A stretch of 64,000 nt of DNA, taken from NCBI GenBank assembly GCA_963737905.1, contig CAVTUQ010000028.1, positions 160,001-224,000 of the forward strand. The letters run 5' to 3'. The notes beneath the pieces are model-generated. The model did not search any database. It was not told where the DNA came from and saw only the letters and a program-made list of their open reading frames with translations. The stretch is from an uncultured delta proteobacterium (GTDB taxonomy: Bacteria > Desulfobacterota > Binatia > UBA9968). Made by a program: the position numbers and the translations under genes. Shown here piece by piece: positions 25,324 to 36,839 of the stretch (positions are counted from its first letter, which is position 1; the number at the start of each line of letters is the position of its first letter).

Positions 25324-26349
25324 TCAAGACGAAGCTACTTGAGAGGATCGGAATCCATGGGAGGTCTTCACGGGCGGCAAAGAAACAGCGATATTCGACA
25401 CCAATTGCGGTCCATGCTTTTTGAGCGAGCGGTGTAGTCGGTATATTCCCCGCGGCACGGGGCGCCGCTCTTTCCACCACACAAAGCAATCTACATACCC
25501 GCGCCCAATACCCTGGAACATGTTATTGTATCGCCGCACCTGGTACGCCGAAGCGAAGCCATTTAGCGTTGTGCCCAGAAGATGGATGGGGAAATAGGGC
25601 ATCGGTACGTTATGCCAGGCAAACAAGATATCGTTACGGCGACTGTAATAATCTATCCGCCGCAGATCACGTCGTGGCGACTCCATGTGGTGAATGGGAT
25701 CAGCGTTGCCCAGCCGTGTCACGTAGCCGGCACTCATCATACGTAGGCAAAGATCTCCTTCCTCGCCCATTATGAACAAGTGCTCGCGGAAACCTCCAAC
25801 CTTTAGGAAAATGTCCCGACGGACAGCGTGAGCCGCGCCAACAAATGCAAAAGTTACATAGATTCCCTTACTGTCCGGCGCGCGTTGTTGGATCTCGCGA
25901 TCCTGCCTCACGTTGATGTAGGGTATACCTACTGCCCCAATTCGATTATCAGAAAACTCACTTAGTGTTTGCTCAACAGTATTTTTCGAAACAAAAACTG
26001 TGTCATCGTCAATGGGAAAAACTACGTTGCACGATGCCAATTCAATACCGCGGTTGCGCTGGAACGCTGGCCCGCGACCTGTGCCAAGCCGATGATAGCA
26101 CACCTGCGGAAACTCTCGGTGAATCAATTCCGCAGTACCATCGTTGCTGCCATCATCCATGACGTGGACTTCCACAGAAACGGTCTGTATAAGCACGGAT
26201 TTTAACAAGTTGCGCAATTCATCCGCCCGATCTCGAGTCGGAATCACAATTGAGGCGAGCGGCTTGCTGTGCGGTGCCTTCGGCAATTCACCACAACCCC
26301 CTGTGAGCGCTTCAACTTCTACTGCCTGAAAGGAGTCGAACTCGTTCAC
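25324..26349 (-). CDS. Glycosyltransferase family 2
   Basis: SIVIPTRDR, MDDGSNDGT, RNRGI, PIDDD, VGGF...GEEGDL. Confidence 0.9.
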   Translation of the reverse strand: MNEFDSFQAVEVEALTGGCGELPKAPHSKPLASIVIPTRDRADELRNLLKSVLIQTVSVEVHVMDDGSNDGTAELIHREFPQVCYHRLGTGRGPAFQRNRGIELASCNVVFPIDDDTVFVSKNTVEQTLSEFSDNRIGAVGIPYINVRQDREIQQRAPDSKGIYVTFAFVGAAHAVRRDIFLKVGGFREHLFIMGEEGDLCLRMMSAGYVTRLGNADPIHHMESPRRDLRRIDYYSRRNDILFAWHNVPMPYFPIHLLGTTLNGFASAYQVRRYNNMFQGIGRGYVDCFVWWKERRPVPRGIYRLHRSLKKHGPQLVSNIAVSLPPVKTSHGFRSSQVASS

Positions 26350-26780
26350 ATCATCATCTCGCTATGAGCAATCGGCGCTCGCCCTTCAGTGATCAGTTTG
26401 GGCAACTCCAAAGACGATGGCCCAGCTCCGAAATCCAGATAACCGGAGAGACCGGCCCGTTCCGTTGCTACTAGCCCACAGTCGTCCCAAACTTGCCTTT
26501 CACAGGGATCAATTGCGGTGTGTTGACCTTTTGGCTCCCTCCCCAAATCTCTGTGGCTCGCGGTAAAAACAAGAGCGGATCCGCCGAAGCTGAGGCCAAC
26601 TTCCAGCGTTAACCGTGGTTTCAGCTCCATACTGAGGTTTCGCAAGGTGGCAAGATTGTTCTCACTCGAAAGCGCACCCAATTCTTTGAATGTTTTCTCA
26701 GTGCGTCCGACGGCTTAACGATTGCTCATCATAGCCTGTAGCTCCGGACAAAAACTGAATAATTACTTGGAAACCATATT
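26346..26780 (-). pseudogene. Truncated class I SAM methyltransferase (Methyltransf_24-like)
   Basis: LTLEVGLSFGGSA, HTAIDP; internal stop upstream and missing C-terminus. Confidence 0.6.
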
Positions 26781-26971
26781 CGAGCGCAAGCTTTTTAATG
26801 GTGTGACTTTATGAGCGCTATTCCGCTCACGACCACGATACAGCCTAATACATGTTGTTTCCTGATGAATACAACCGAGTCTCGTGTTAATCCTGTTATA
26901 ACAGTACGCGTTTCATCGCCACCGCGTCCGTGAAGGGCCTCCACTGAAAAATGTAAGGCAGATCGGGGTAA

Positions 26972-27679
26972 TCATTTGATTGCTTCGACATAAAGCGATT
27001 CTGGAGCTCGGTCCTCGGAATCCAATAGAAGTGAGGGATCGCCTCCGTTCATAAAACTACGATGTTCTACCGAGGAGAAGCCAGATTTGAGCAGGAAGTA
27101 CCGGAGGGTCTCGAAGTCGTAGGCATAGAGATGACCGAAGTCTCTGAAGCACCGGTTGACATGCATTATCGCAGATATTGACTTATCGTCAGGACCCGGA
27201 AAAGTGACTCCTTTACCGTTTCGGGACTCTGAATATAGTTTCAAAAACAGCTCGCCGTCCGGAACGATCAGCCTCAATCTCCCCCTCTGTGAAAGAACAC
27301 GTTGAAACTCGGGCAGGACGTGCTTCGTAACCAGGTCCAACGGCAAGTGTTCCAAGCAGTGTTCTGTGTAGATCCCTTTTAAAGAACTCTCGGAAAACGG
27401 CAACCGCCACGTGAGATCCCACACAAGATTCACTCCAGGCTGCCAAATAAAGTCCAAATTCACATAGCCTTGAACTGGTTTCCTTCCACAACCCGCGTTA
27501 AGATATTTTGCATTCCGGATCGCCGACGACCAAATTTGCAATGGATTTTGTCTCATACACCATGATAGACACTCAGACGCCATCCTCCCGAACGGCGCCA
27601 AAGTTTGCGAACGAGTGATCACAATTCGTTGATCCCAAATGCGCGATTTCCAATTCATGAAATATGGCACGTGATTCAA
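26972..27679 (-). CDS. Methyltransferase domain protein
   Basis: LNAGCG, NLD, EHCLEHL, RVL...G.LRLIVPD. Confidence 0.8.
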   Translation of the reverse strand: MNHVPYFMNWKSRIWDQRIVITRSQTLAPFGRMASECLSWCMRQNPLQIWSSAIRNAKYLNAGCGRKPVQGYVNLDFIWQPGVNLVWDLTWRLPFSESSLKGIYTEHCLEHLPLDLVTKHVLPEFQRVLSQRGRLRLIVPDGELFLKLYSESRNGKGVTFPGPDDKSISAIMHVNRCFRDFGHLYAYDFETLRYFLLKSGFSSVEHRSFMNGGDPSLLLDSEDRAPESLYVEAIK

Positions 27680-28693
27680 AGTTTGCCTTTTTGCACCACT
27701 TTATTTCGTAGAGGCCTTGAGTTCTTCAGGTGTTCCACACCCAAACAAATTGTTTCTTTGTGGCCTGCGACCATCGGCGATGGTCTTGCTTCGGACACGT
27801 GGAGAGTGGATAGACACGCCAGCAGCGGGAAGCCAACGAGATACCTGACGCGGCCCAACGCGGCGTTCCACGCGAACGTCGCTCGATACAATGCCCACGC
27901 TTCCCTATGGAGCCTCTGTTGCAAACAACCGAATGTCACCGGCCGGGTATGGCGGGTTAGAATCCGCCGCCGTTCCGTCGCCCGAGCCGACCCGCCTGGA
28001 TACGCACTAGATTGTTCCGCTCCAACGTTGACCCACGCGCCGGCAAGCGTGCGCTGCAGGTTCTTGACCTCGCTTACCTGGTGCTCCCGATAAGCAAAAG
28101 TCACGGGGTTAGTGATCTGAACGAAGCCCGGGGCTACGCCCAATCTCAACGCTAGGTCAGCATCCTCCCCGTTTACATGCTCATCGGTGAAGCCGCCGAC
28201 CGCCATAAACGTTTCTCGCCGTAGCACGAAGGAGGACACCCCAAACCAGCGCCACTCTTCCCCGGACGCAAGATAATCAGCGAATTGCTCGGCACGGACC
28301 GCTCCTTGACCTAGCTGTCTCCAGCTCGCTCTCATTCCAAAACCAATGAGGTTTACCTGCAATAAAGCTCGGGCAATTCTCATTTCTAGCAAATTCCGCA
28401 TAAACTTGCAGCGTCCACGGAAACCATAAATCATCGCTGTCAAGAAATGCGAGATACTCCCCTTTGGAGTGCCGCGCACCGAGATTGCGAGCGGCGCCTG
28501 GGCCACGATTGGGTTGCGTAAGAACAGTTATCTGGTTTTCCGACGATTTAAGATAATCTTGTGTTCCGTCCGTCGAACCATCGTCGACAACGATAACTTC
28601 ATAGTCCTTGAAATCTTGAGCAAATACGGACTTGAGGGTCGCCTGCACGAGATGCACCCGATTGTATGTTGGTATGATGACTGAAAAGAGCAC
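27676..28693 (-). CDS. Glycosyltransferase family 2, frameshifted near 28300
   Basis: FSVIIPTYNR, VVDDGSTD, AFLDSDD; VGGF...GEDADL. Confidence 0.82.
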
Positions 28694-28730
28694 GAATTGA
28701 GATTTCTCTTGGAACGTCTAAAACCTATGC

Positions 28731-29665
28731 TCAAGAGAGCATTCGCTTCCACTGTGCGAGTGTTTCCCGCAGCGGAGAATCCCAAAGTCCGATAGAGTAT
28801 GCGGTAGCGAAATCGTGCCGCGGCGCCACTAGGTACGAAGCCTGGCAGTGAGTGTTGGATTGTCGCCACGATGTCTGCTGCAAAATTTGGGTCATAAAGC
28901 CATGCGATACGAGCAATCTCAAACCGCGCTTGATTAATTGCCCGTAAGCGATTCTCTGTCATCTCGCTCTGCATACGCAGGAAATCTTCCGCGCGTTGCT
29001 CGATTTCCAAGCGCTGGCGATGCACCTCTGATATGTCACTCTTGCAGAGGGTGTGCTCGCTCCACTGCAGGTAAACTGCCCCGTTACTTGAATTGTAAGC
29101 AAACCGTTTCCCAGCCATGAGCAGGCGGAGATACAACTCATCTCTTGGCAGCAAGGCTGGTCAGGCTTCCAGCCACCTACGTCAAGAATTGCCTGCTTCC
29201 GCCAGAAGGTGCTGTCCGTTTGGGGTAGATACCATCGTGTGAGAAGAACCCAAGGATCGTGAGGTTCAGGGATCGGCAACAGCTCACGAAGCACCTTGCT
29301 CGCTGTCCAGTGTTCCAACGTTACAGGTCCAAAAACAACATCCATTTGGGGGTGCAGGGCAAGAAACTCCATCTGTTTTGTGACCTTGTTCGAAAGGAGG
29401 TAATCGTCTCATCCAGGTATTGCAGCCATTCACCCCTTGCAAGTTCGAGAAGGCGATTGCGCGCCGCGTTACCGCCGCGGTTAGGACCCGTTTCCCAGCG
29501 GATCCGGTCACCGAAACTTTTGATGACCTCCAGGCTTCCATCGGTCGAACCATCGTCAACAACGATGACTTCTTTTTCAGGCCAGGTTTGTGCTAGCGCA
29601 CTCTCGATTGCCTGAGCTATCCACCGTTCGGCTTTAAAGCAAGGAATAAGAATTGAAATGAGCAT
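28731..29665 (-). CDS. Glycosyltransferase family 2, several frameshifts
   Basis: ISILIPC...AIESALAQT, VVDDGSTDGS, ARNRLLE, QYLD; continues in other frames. Confidence 0.78.
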
Positions 29666-29800
29666 GTTTCCTATACTCTGCACATCTAGAAACAACTTGG
29701 ACGTTACTACAGACCCGTGGGCGCAATCGCTATCGATAGTTGATATGTGCTCTTCTTCGATTTAATTGTCTTGGTAGCGGCAAATTACCCTGATCGTACA

Positions 29801-30542
29801 TCAGAGATCAAAACCGAATTCGTGACGTTTGGCCTGTGTTAAGTACCGGCTGTTCATCAGCCGGCGCATCAACCATCGTTTGCTCCGCATGGTCGATGAC
29901 CAATGACCGGACCAATTTTCTCCTGAGTCCGTGGTATAAACCACCGCAGCAAACGGTAGTGGATTTATCGGAATAGATAACGTCTTCAAGTAATCCACAA
30001 CTAGATGATGCCCCTTGCTTAGTAGATAAAACTGACTCGAGTCTTCATGGAGCGATTTGGGAAGGTCCGCCCCAGTCACGTAGGAGACGCAGGAAGTGCC
30101 GCACACCGCATGAAAATCATGCAATTTCATAAGCCACTTTGATCCGTATCCATTGACCCATCCCGTTTCACAATACCATGCACCCCCTGACTTCGCCCCC
30201 CCCACAAACTCCGTGAGCCTTCTACTAACCAAGTCATCAGCGTCCGCTTTCATCAACCACATGGGGGCGAACTGCCGACGCAAATAAGGCCCGCTTTAAT
30301 TTTTACGTATTTGTCAAGCATCATTTCCTCTCGAGTCCCGGGCACTGGCGAATCAACACACTTAACAATTAAACGATGGTCCAATGGCAAATTCTCTGGC
30401 GGTTCGTGACAAGTAAGTAAGACTCTTACATCGGAATGCTCTTGGGCTAACATGGATTTTATTGAGCGCAGACAAAGATCCGAAGCTAACGCCAATCAGA
30501 GCATAGTTGTCGAGCTTTGAACGGAACTATGAAAACAAACAT
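29801..30542 (-). CDS. Putative glycosyltransferase (GT-A fold), frameshifted
   Basis: FIVPFK.., S.LAQ, KADADDLVS, CGTS, GENWS. Confidence 0.55.
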
Positions 30543-30619
30543 GGACTGAACTTAATCCTTAAGATTGTTTTTCATAAATCCCGAAGACAAGAAACATCTT
30601 TCGCCGAACTCCCTTGCTC

Positions 30620-31150
30620 GTGGCCAGTCAAGCACGCCCTCGTATGCTAAGTCTCGACTCGCCACCTTTTCCGTCCGATTCGCTTCCGCCACAGGGAGTT
30701 GCCCGTCGCGGTAGATACCACCGCGCCAAGAGAATCCATTGGATCCTGTGACTCAGGTATGGGCAGAGCATTTGCAACGCGCATTCCTCTCGCTCCAATG
30801 CTCTACGGTCACAGGTCGTAAACGATATCCGCATTAGGGTTCATTGCCAAAAAGTCCATCTGGTATGAAATTTTCTGCGGCATCAATAGTCATCGGCGTC
30901 AAGATATTGGATCCACTCGCCGCACGCGAGTTCCAACAGCCGATTACGTGCAGCGCTGCCCCCGCGGGTTGGACCCGTCTCCAGGGGATTTGAAGCTCAA
31001 ACCTTTGATAACCTTCAAACTGCCATCGGTCGACCCGTCATCACCACAATGACTTCCTTTTACACTGTCTTTGCAATAGTGCGCTTTCAATCGCCTGCGT
31101 CATCCACCGATCCGCGTTGTAGCAAGGGATGAGGACCAATACGACGGGCA
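30620..31150 (-). pseudogene. Heavily degraded paralog of the GT2 at 28731..29665
   Basis: Manual reading: VLIPCYNADRWMTQAIESAL, DDGSTDGSL, AARNRLLELACGEWIQYLDADDY, LARWYLP across many indels. Confidence 0.7.
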
Positions 31151-31186
31151 AAGCTATCGCCTTAGCGGCAAAACTGGCGACTCACT

Positions 31187-31870
31187 TCATCGCTTCCACA
31201 CATAGCGAAAGTTACTCCAGTGGGGCTTGTCGTGGCCTGAGAGCATCGAATCCCGCGATACGTTGACGCTGGACCTATGAACTTCTGAGAACCCTGCTTC
31301 TATCAATCGTGTTTCCGCCGTCTCCCAGTCCCACGCGCTACGATGACGGTTAAATTTGTTGTCACGGAAACCGTAATCGATCATCTCAAGAGGCGTTCTT
31401 ACTGAAAGCGTCTGCATAGCATGATCAGGATATAGTTTGAAGATTTGCTGGCGCCTACTCTCATCCGGATCAAGAAAAATACGGAGAAAAACCTGAAGGT
31501 CCGGGACGACCATGCGAAAAACGCCCGCTGGCTTCAGGATGCGGTGACACTCACGAGCTAGTTTAAACACGTCTTCGTAGGAGAGGTGCTCTACCACGTG
31601 ATGTGCATAGATACCGGACCAAGTCTTGTCAGGGAATGGGAGAGGAAAACGCAGGTCAAGCCGTGCCTCAGCTTCTTCATTGAAAAAGAAGTCAGAATTA
31701 AGAAATCCTCCAATCTGCTCTGGCCGCTGCCCAATTGCAGATATCTCTTGCCGCCGGTGTCAAGCCAATTGGAGCTCAGAATCCTACCCTTGAAGGCGGT
31801 AAGCTCAAAACGCAAGGCATCCAATGAATCCAAAAGGTGAGGCTCAATCCAGTTTCGGGGGTGGAATCAT
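31187..31870 (-). CDS. Methyltransferase domain protein, frameshifted
   Basis: YLQLGSG; VEHL...ECHRILKPAGVFRMVVPD. Confidence 0.72.
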
Positions 31871-32506
31871 CGTGACTATGGGTACAGATTTAGTCGACCG
31901 CGCCTATTTCGCCCATCAAAAACGCATCCTCAGTGTTACTTGGAACATGTAGCGTGCGCGTCAATCCATTCAACCAACCTAGTTGCGGAGGCATCGAATC
32001 TACGTCATTGACGTTTACGACCATGATGTGACTTGCGGCAGGCATATAGTCCGATGGACACCTTTTTCCATGTATCATCCATCCGTTTCCCCAGATGGAT
32101 CTCGGAATCGGCGAAATTTCGTCTTAGAGCGCGCAGGGCAGGATGTTTCGGCACACCCTTTCGACATTCATTGCATCCAGGAAAACCTGAAAGTCTGACT
32201 TGGCCTGGCAAACGATCGACTGAAAGCAGAGAACTGCCAATGCTGGGACGCGATCCAGTTCTTGACAATGCTGGACTTTGAAGGCAACAATGTAAGTCAG
32301 CATGGACTCACGGAACGAACAGACTATATTGCAACCATTCTATTGATTTGGAAGTTTCTCATGTACGGCACCGACAAATCCAGTAAACAAAATCTTGACA
32401 CATTAGATGTTTTTCGGAGTCGAGAAACCATGCACGTTCTACAGCGGATGAGCAATCGCGGGTTACGCATCGGAGCGCAGGTCCGGCTCCAAAGCCTCTT
32501 GAAAAC

Positions 32507-33256
32507 TTAGCCGCAGTTGGTGGTCTTTTGCCAGCAGCCAGTCGGCCGGAATTCCCAAATGAACGGTCCAGGCCCGGTCAAATTGAGCGACTTCCACTTC
32601 AGGCGCTTCGTCTCTCGCAAGACCCACTGGTATCTCTCACGGTCGAAATCGTCAACAATCAGGTAACCGCCTGGTTTGATCTTCGGTATGGCATGCATAG
32701 CACATGATGACCGGCAGCGGCCGTCGACCTGAACCACATCAAAGTAATCGTCTGGGAAACGGTCGATGATGGCTGCATAATCCTTGAACGAAAGCCCTGC
32801 ATAGGCTTCTGCCGCCGAGGCATAGGTCGTCGGATCGCTAGGGCGCGGAACGCTCCCGTCGCGTCTTTCGGACGGTAAAACTATAAAAAGCTGCCATGAT
32901 GGATGCTGGAGGCTGCCCATAGAAACCTGAATATCTCGCGCCCAGTTGGGGTCGTGCTCGACCGAGACCAGGTTACGCACTCGACGGGCGAAAAAAAGCG
33001 TAGAGCCACCGACACCCCATTCAAAGACGCGCATGTCAGGAGCTAGAACACGGTTCAAAAAATCAATTCCTGCATACGTTATCCATGGCAACTCCTGCTC
33101 GGCGGGCGTGGTATACAAGCTGCGGTACCATTTCGGAAACGATCCGATCATCCTCGGCAACGACTGCCCCGCTCGCCCCTGGCAAGAAAGTTTAATGGCT
33201 TCCCTAAAATAATAATCAAGCCGAATGGCGAATTGCTTCATTGAAGCTAGACCCAT
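32507..33256 (-). CDS. SAM-methyltransferase-like protein
   Basis: PWITY..IDFL, VFEWGVGGSTLFF, SVEHD, FDVVQVDGRCR, KPGG; start uncertain. Confidence 0.72.
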   Translation of the reverse strand: MGLASMKQFAIRLDYYFREAIKLSCQGRAGQSLPRMIGSFPKWYRSLYTTPAEQELPWITYAGIDFLNRVLAPDMRVFEWGVGGSTLFFARRVRNLVSVEHDPNWARDIQVSMGSLQHPSWQLFIVLPSERRDGSVPRPSDPTTYASAAEAYAGLSFKDYAAIIDRFPDDYFDVVQVDGRCRSSCAMHAIPKIKPGGYLIVDDFDRERYQWVLRETKRLKWKSLNLTGPGPFIWEFRPTGCWQKTTNCG

Positions 33257-33281
33257 AAAACCAACCATTGCCTCCAAATGC

Positions 33282-34637
33282 TTAGAGGCGAAAACTGTGT
33301 TTTGTGACAAAGACGCCCTGTCCCAACGGCGGCAATCGGCCGGTCCCAAAGAAATCTCCACTTTCAACTTCGAATGTTCCCGCATTCCGAATCCAATCGG
33401 CGATCGCTCCATTCACGGTAGCGTACAATGTAAGATGATAGCGGCCGGGTAAGAGTGGAAAGGCAGGGATTTTCACCGAGATCTCGCGTACCTCAGCTGA
33501 AACAAGTAGAAAGTCCCCTTGCGCGATGGCCGTATCTAATAACAACACCCGCTGGCCGATGTTATTGTCCACTCCGATGCTAACGTGGAAATTACGGAGA
33601 TCGCGAGCGTGCGGGTTGCTAAACTTTATCACTAAAGTGCCCGGTGCACCGCATACAAAGGCACCTAGCGGTTTGGCATCTTTGTTACGCAACTCAATAC
33701 CTATAAACCGAATTGCACCAGATCCCTGCCGATCCAATCGTTCCTCGATCTTCATGTCAACTAGGCTGGTGGATTTGTATTGATAATGATGAATCACTTC
33801 CGCAATGTCTCCCTGCGAAGCGACTCGACCGCTGGAAAGATGCAGCCCCGTGTGACATAGATTCTGCGCTGCTGCCATCTGGTGACTGACAAACAACACT
33901 GTGCGACCCCCTCGAGCGACCTCCGACATCTTGCCCAGGCATTTCTTTTGAAACTCAGCATCGCCCACAGCCAGGACTTCATCGACGATTAGAATTTCCG
34001 GCTCCAGGTGGGCGGCCACTGCAAACGCCAGCCGGACGTACATGCCGCTGGAATATCGCTTGACGGGCGTGTCAATGAATTTCTCCACTCCGGAAAAGTC
34101 CACGATCTCGTCGAATTTCTTCTGAACTTCGGCCCTCGTCATGCCGAGAATCGCGCCGTTCACGAAAATATTTTCGCGCCCGGTTAATTCCGGATGAAAG
34201 CCCGTTCCTACTTCCAGCAAGCTCGCCACCCGGCCACGGATACGCACGCGGCCTTCGGTCGGCTCCGTGATCCGGCTGAGAATCTTGAGCAGAGTGGTTT
34301 TGCCGGCGCCGTTGCGCCCGATGATGCCGAGTACCTCGCCCTGTTTCACCTCAAAATTCACCCCCCGGAGAGCCCAGAACTCCTCGCTAGCCAGAGGTCG
34401 GAGGTCAGAGGTCAGAGGTCGCAAACCAGAGGTCGGAGGCCGGAGGTCAGAGGTCGGAGCACCATTATCTGATCTCTGATGTCTGATCGCTGACGTCTGG
34501 CCAGAGAGCCAGCGTAGCGGTGCCGCCGCTTTTTCAGCGATGACATCGCGGAGCGCGACATACCGCTGATGATCCTGCTGGTGGCGGATCTTGTATTTCT
34601 TGCCGAGGTTTTCGACGCGTATGATGAAGTCAGACAT
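33282..34637 (-). CDS. wzt: Polysaccharide ABC transporter ATP-binding protein with C-terminal Wzt_C domain
   Basis: [29 protein letters not shown]; ~38-aa repeat-derived insert before EEFWAL. Confidence 0.93.
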   Translation of the reverse strand: MSDFIIRVENLGKKYKIRHQQDHQRYVALRDVIAEKAAAPLRWLSGQTSAIRHQRSDNGAPTSDLRPPTSGLRPLTSDLRPLASEEFWALRGVNFEVKQGEVLGIIGRNGAGKTTLLKILSRITEPTEGRVRIRGRVASLLEVGTGFHPELTGRENIFVNGAILGMTRAEVQKKFDEIVDFSGVEKFIDTPVKRYSSGMYVRLAFAVAAHLEPEILIVDEVLAVGDAEFQKKCLGKMSEVARGGRTVLFVSHQMAAAQNLCHTGLHLSSGRVASQGDIAEVIHHYQYKSTSLVDMKIEERLDRQGSGAIRFIGIELRNKDAKPLGAFVCGAPGTLVIKFSNPHARDLRNFHVSIGVDNNIGQRVLLLDTAIAQGDFLLVSAEVREISVKIPAFPLLPGRYHLTLYATVNGAIADWIRNAGTFEVESGDFFGTGRLPPLGQGVFVTKHSFRL

Positions 34638-34667
34638 GGCCAGAGGTCAGAAGTCAGACGTCGGAGG

Positions 34668-35090
34668 TCAGATGTCAGAGATCAGAAAAGGGCCGGGGTT
34701 CTTGATCATACTACCAAGCATTTTCCCAACCTCTTGAGACATCAACGCTAACTCACGATGTTGTTCCAGCGTGAGAAAGCCGCACTCGCGAGCAAAATCC
34801 AATGAAGAATCAGTTTCGCTGTTTTCACCGTCGCAGTCGGTTAACTTGCTAATGAAATGCGCTTCGTATCTTCTCTTTGCCCAGGCCTCTCTTAAATTCA
34901 AGCAGACCGACCGCGATGACCGCCGTATTTGACTGGTCAGCGCAAAACGCTCTTCATCTGGGAATTTCTTGCTAAGTGTGAATATTTTCATCGCCAGATC
35001 ATAGGCCTTTTTGTAAACTTCCAAGTCTTTGGCTGAATTAAGTCTCACACCTTCCCCGCTGATCTCGGACTTCTGACTGCTGGTCTTCAA
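34668..35090 (-). CDS. Four helix bundle protein (third, divergent subtype)
   Basis: KDLEVYKKA...FPDEERFALTSQIRRSSRSVCLNLREAWAKRRY; start uncertain. Confidence 0.92.
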   Translation of the reverse strand: MKTSSQKSEISGEGVRLNSAKDLEVYKKAYDLAMKIFTLSKKFPDEERFALTSQIRRSSRSVCLNLREAWAKRRYEAHFISKLTDCDGENSETDSSLDFARECGFLTLEQHRELALMSQEVGKMLGSMIKNPGPFLISDI

Positions 35091-35127
35091 ATAGCTGACT
35101 TCTGACCTCTGATCGCTGACCTCTGGT

Positions 35128-35958
35128 TCAAATGACGTCCGCGAAACTTCGTTCGACGCGGCGGAAATACCAGATCCCGAAAATACAGAGGCCAGATGTC
35201 AGAGCCACAGAGGTCAGAACACTCGGCCACCATAACGGGACTTCGCCGCGGAGGAGCGCCCAGCGGAAGCCGTCGATGACACCGACCATTGGGTTGAGGG
35301 AATAGAGCAGGCGCCAGTTAGCCGGGATGTTTTCGCTGGTGAAGCCAACAGGCGAAACATACAAGCCGAATTGAACGATGAATGGAATGACATAGCGGAA
35401 ATCGCGGTATGTCACGTTGAGCGCGCAGAGCCATAGGCCGGCGCCAAAGGCGGAACCGAATGCCAGAGCCACAAACAGCGGCAAGGTCACGATCCGCCAG
35501 TCGGGCAGAAAGCCGTACCAAACCATCATCGCCGCCATCAGCCCGAAGGTGATGAGAAAATCCACGAAGCTCGTGATGACGGACCCCGCCGGAACGATCA
35601 TGCGCGGAAAGTAAACTTTGGAAATCAAGTTCGCATTGCTGACGAGACTATTGCTCGACTCGCTCAGCGCGGTCGAGAAAAACTGCCACGGCAGCATCGC
35701 GGCAAATACCAGCAGCGGATACGGCACGGAACCGGGCGCTTCGAGCTTGGCGACTTTGTTAAAAACAATCGTGAAGACAATCATCGTGACGAACGGCCGG
35801 ATCAGCGCCCAGGCGATGCCGATCACAGTCTGTTTGTAACGCACGGTCACATCGCGCCAGGCGAGAATGTAGAACAGCTCGCGGTAGCGCCAGAGGTCGC
35901 GCCAGTAGTTCCGGAACGAGCGGCCGGGTTCGATTACGAGTTCGTCGGGCATTGGCAT
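35128..35958 (-). CDS. wzm: Polysaccharide ABC transporter permease
   Basis: RDVTVRYKQT.IG.AW, LISKVYFPR, YRDFRY, LNPMVGVIDGFR. Confidence 0.93.
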   Translation of the reverse strand: MPMPDELVIEPGRSFRNYWRDLWRYRELFYILAWRDVTVRYKQTVIGIAWALIRPFVTMIVFTIVFNKVAKLEAPGSVPYPLLVFAAMLPWQFFSTALSESSNSLVSNANLISKVYFPRMIVPAGSVITSFVDFLITFGLMAAMMVWYGFLPDWRIVTLPLFVALAFGSAFGAGLWLCALNVTYRDFRYVIPFIVQFGLYVSPVGFTSENIPANWRLLYSLNPMVGVIDGFRWALLRGEVPLWWPSVLTSVALTSGLCIFGIWYFRRVERSFADVI

Positions 35959-36228
35959 GCTAGCAAAGAGCAAAGGGGTAAGCGGTAAGAGCTAGGACAA
36001 TTTCGGATTGCGGATTGCGGATTTACCAAACGCTAAGTGCTAAGGGCGAAGCGGTAAGGGCAAAGAGCTAAGAGCATTTCGGATTTCGAATTGCGAATTT
36101 GAAGACTGCAAAGTGCTAAGCGGTAAGGGCTAAGTGTCAAGAAAACCGGCAAAGAGGTCTAGAATTTCGGAATTCGAATTGCGAATTTGCTGACTTCTGA
36201 TCTCTGACCTCTGGGATATTAGACACCC

Positions 36229-36447
36229 CTACTTAACTGCCTCAACCGGTAGGTTCTCAATACTTACATTAACAATGTCTGCCAAACTGAATCGCTGGCT
36301 CACATCCAGAACTTCTATGCCAATTACTTGACCGTTCGCACCGAAATCTACCACGACACCGTCTTCAATTTCTTTGGACTTCGCCACATGCGTCTCCGTG
36401 AAGTAAACGTAGATGGCGTCGGCCTCTTTGCTATATTCAATTTTCAT
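36229..36447 (-). CDS. DUF2283 family antitoxin-like protein
   Basis: MKIEYSKEADAIYV...VVDF...GQVIGIEVL. Confidence 0.85.
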   Translation of the reverse strand: MKIEYSKEADAIYVYFTETHVAKSKEIEDGVVVDFGANGQVIGIEVLDVSQRFSLADIVNVSIENLPVEAVK

Positions 36448-36614
36448 TGCCCCTCCAATCTACGGCTTATTGACGACACTGATAATGAGAACTTCCTCAC
36501 GGATAGCATGGAGCGTGGAGCTCGGAGCTAACTCAACCAGAGATCAGAAGTCGGCGGTCAGATGTCAGTAACTGCAAAGAGAAGAGAAAACTCCATTGCG
36601 GATTTGCTCGCTCT

Positions 36615-36804
36615 TTATAAATCGCGCCAAGCTTCATCCTCTTCCGGTCTAAGCCAGTCTCTGTTCAGTACTCCTTCACTCAAAATGGCCGTCTCCAATC
36701 TCTCTTTGGCATCCTGAGTTTTTAAGAAACGAACGAAGTCCTACCGGAAGATCCTCTATTTCCTGGATGAATAATTTTTTCGGTTGCATCTTCTTTGCGT
36801 CCAT
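36615..36804 (-). pseudogene. DUF2281-type antitoxin with internal deletion/frameshift
   Basis: IQEIEDLP / DFVRFLK...ETAILSE..L.RDWLRPEEDEAWRDL* in two frames. Confidence 0.65.
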
Positions 36805-36839
36805 TTTTAAACGCTGCGGGCAAAAAGTGGGCGCTGTCC

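Noticed and set aside
31890-32500. Possible gene between the two methyltransferases
   Set aside because: Only short fragments without recognisable motifs; cannot be supported.
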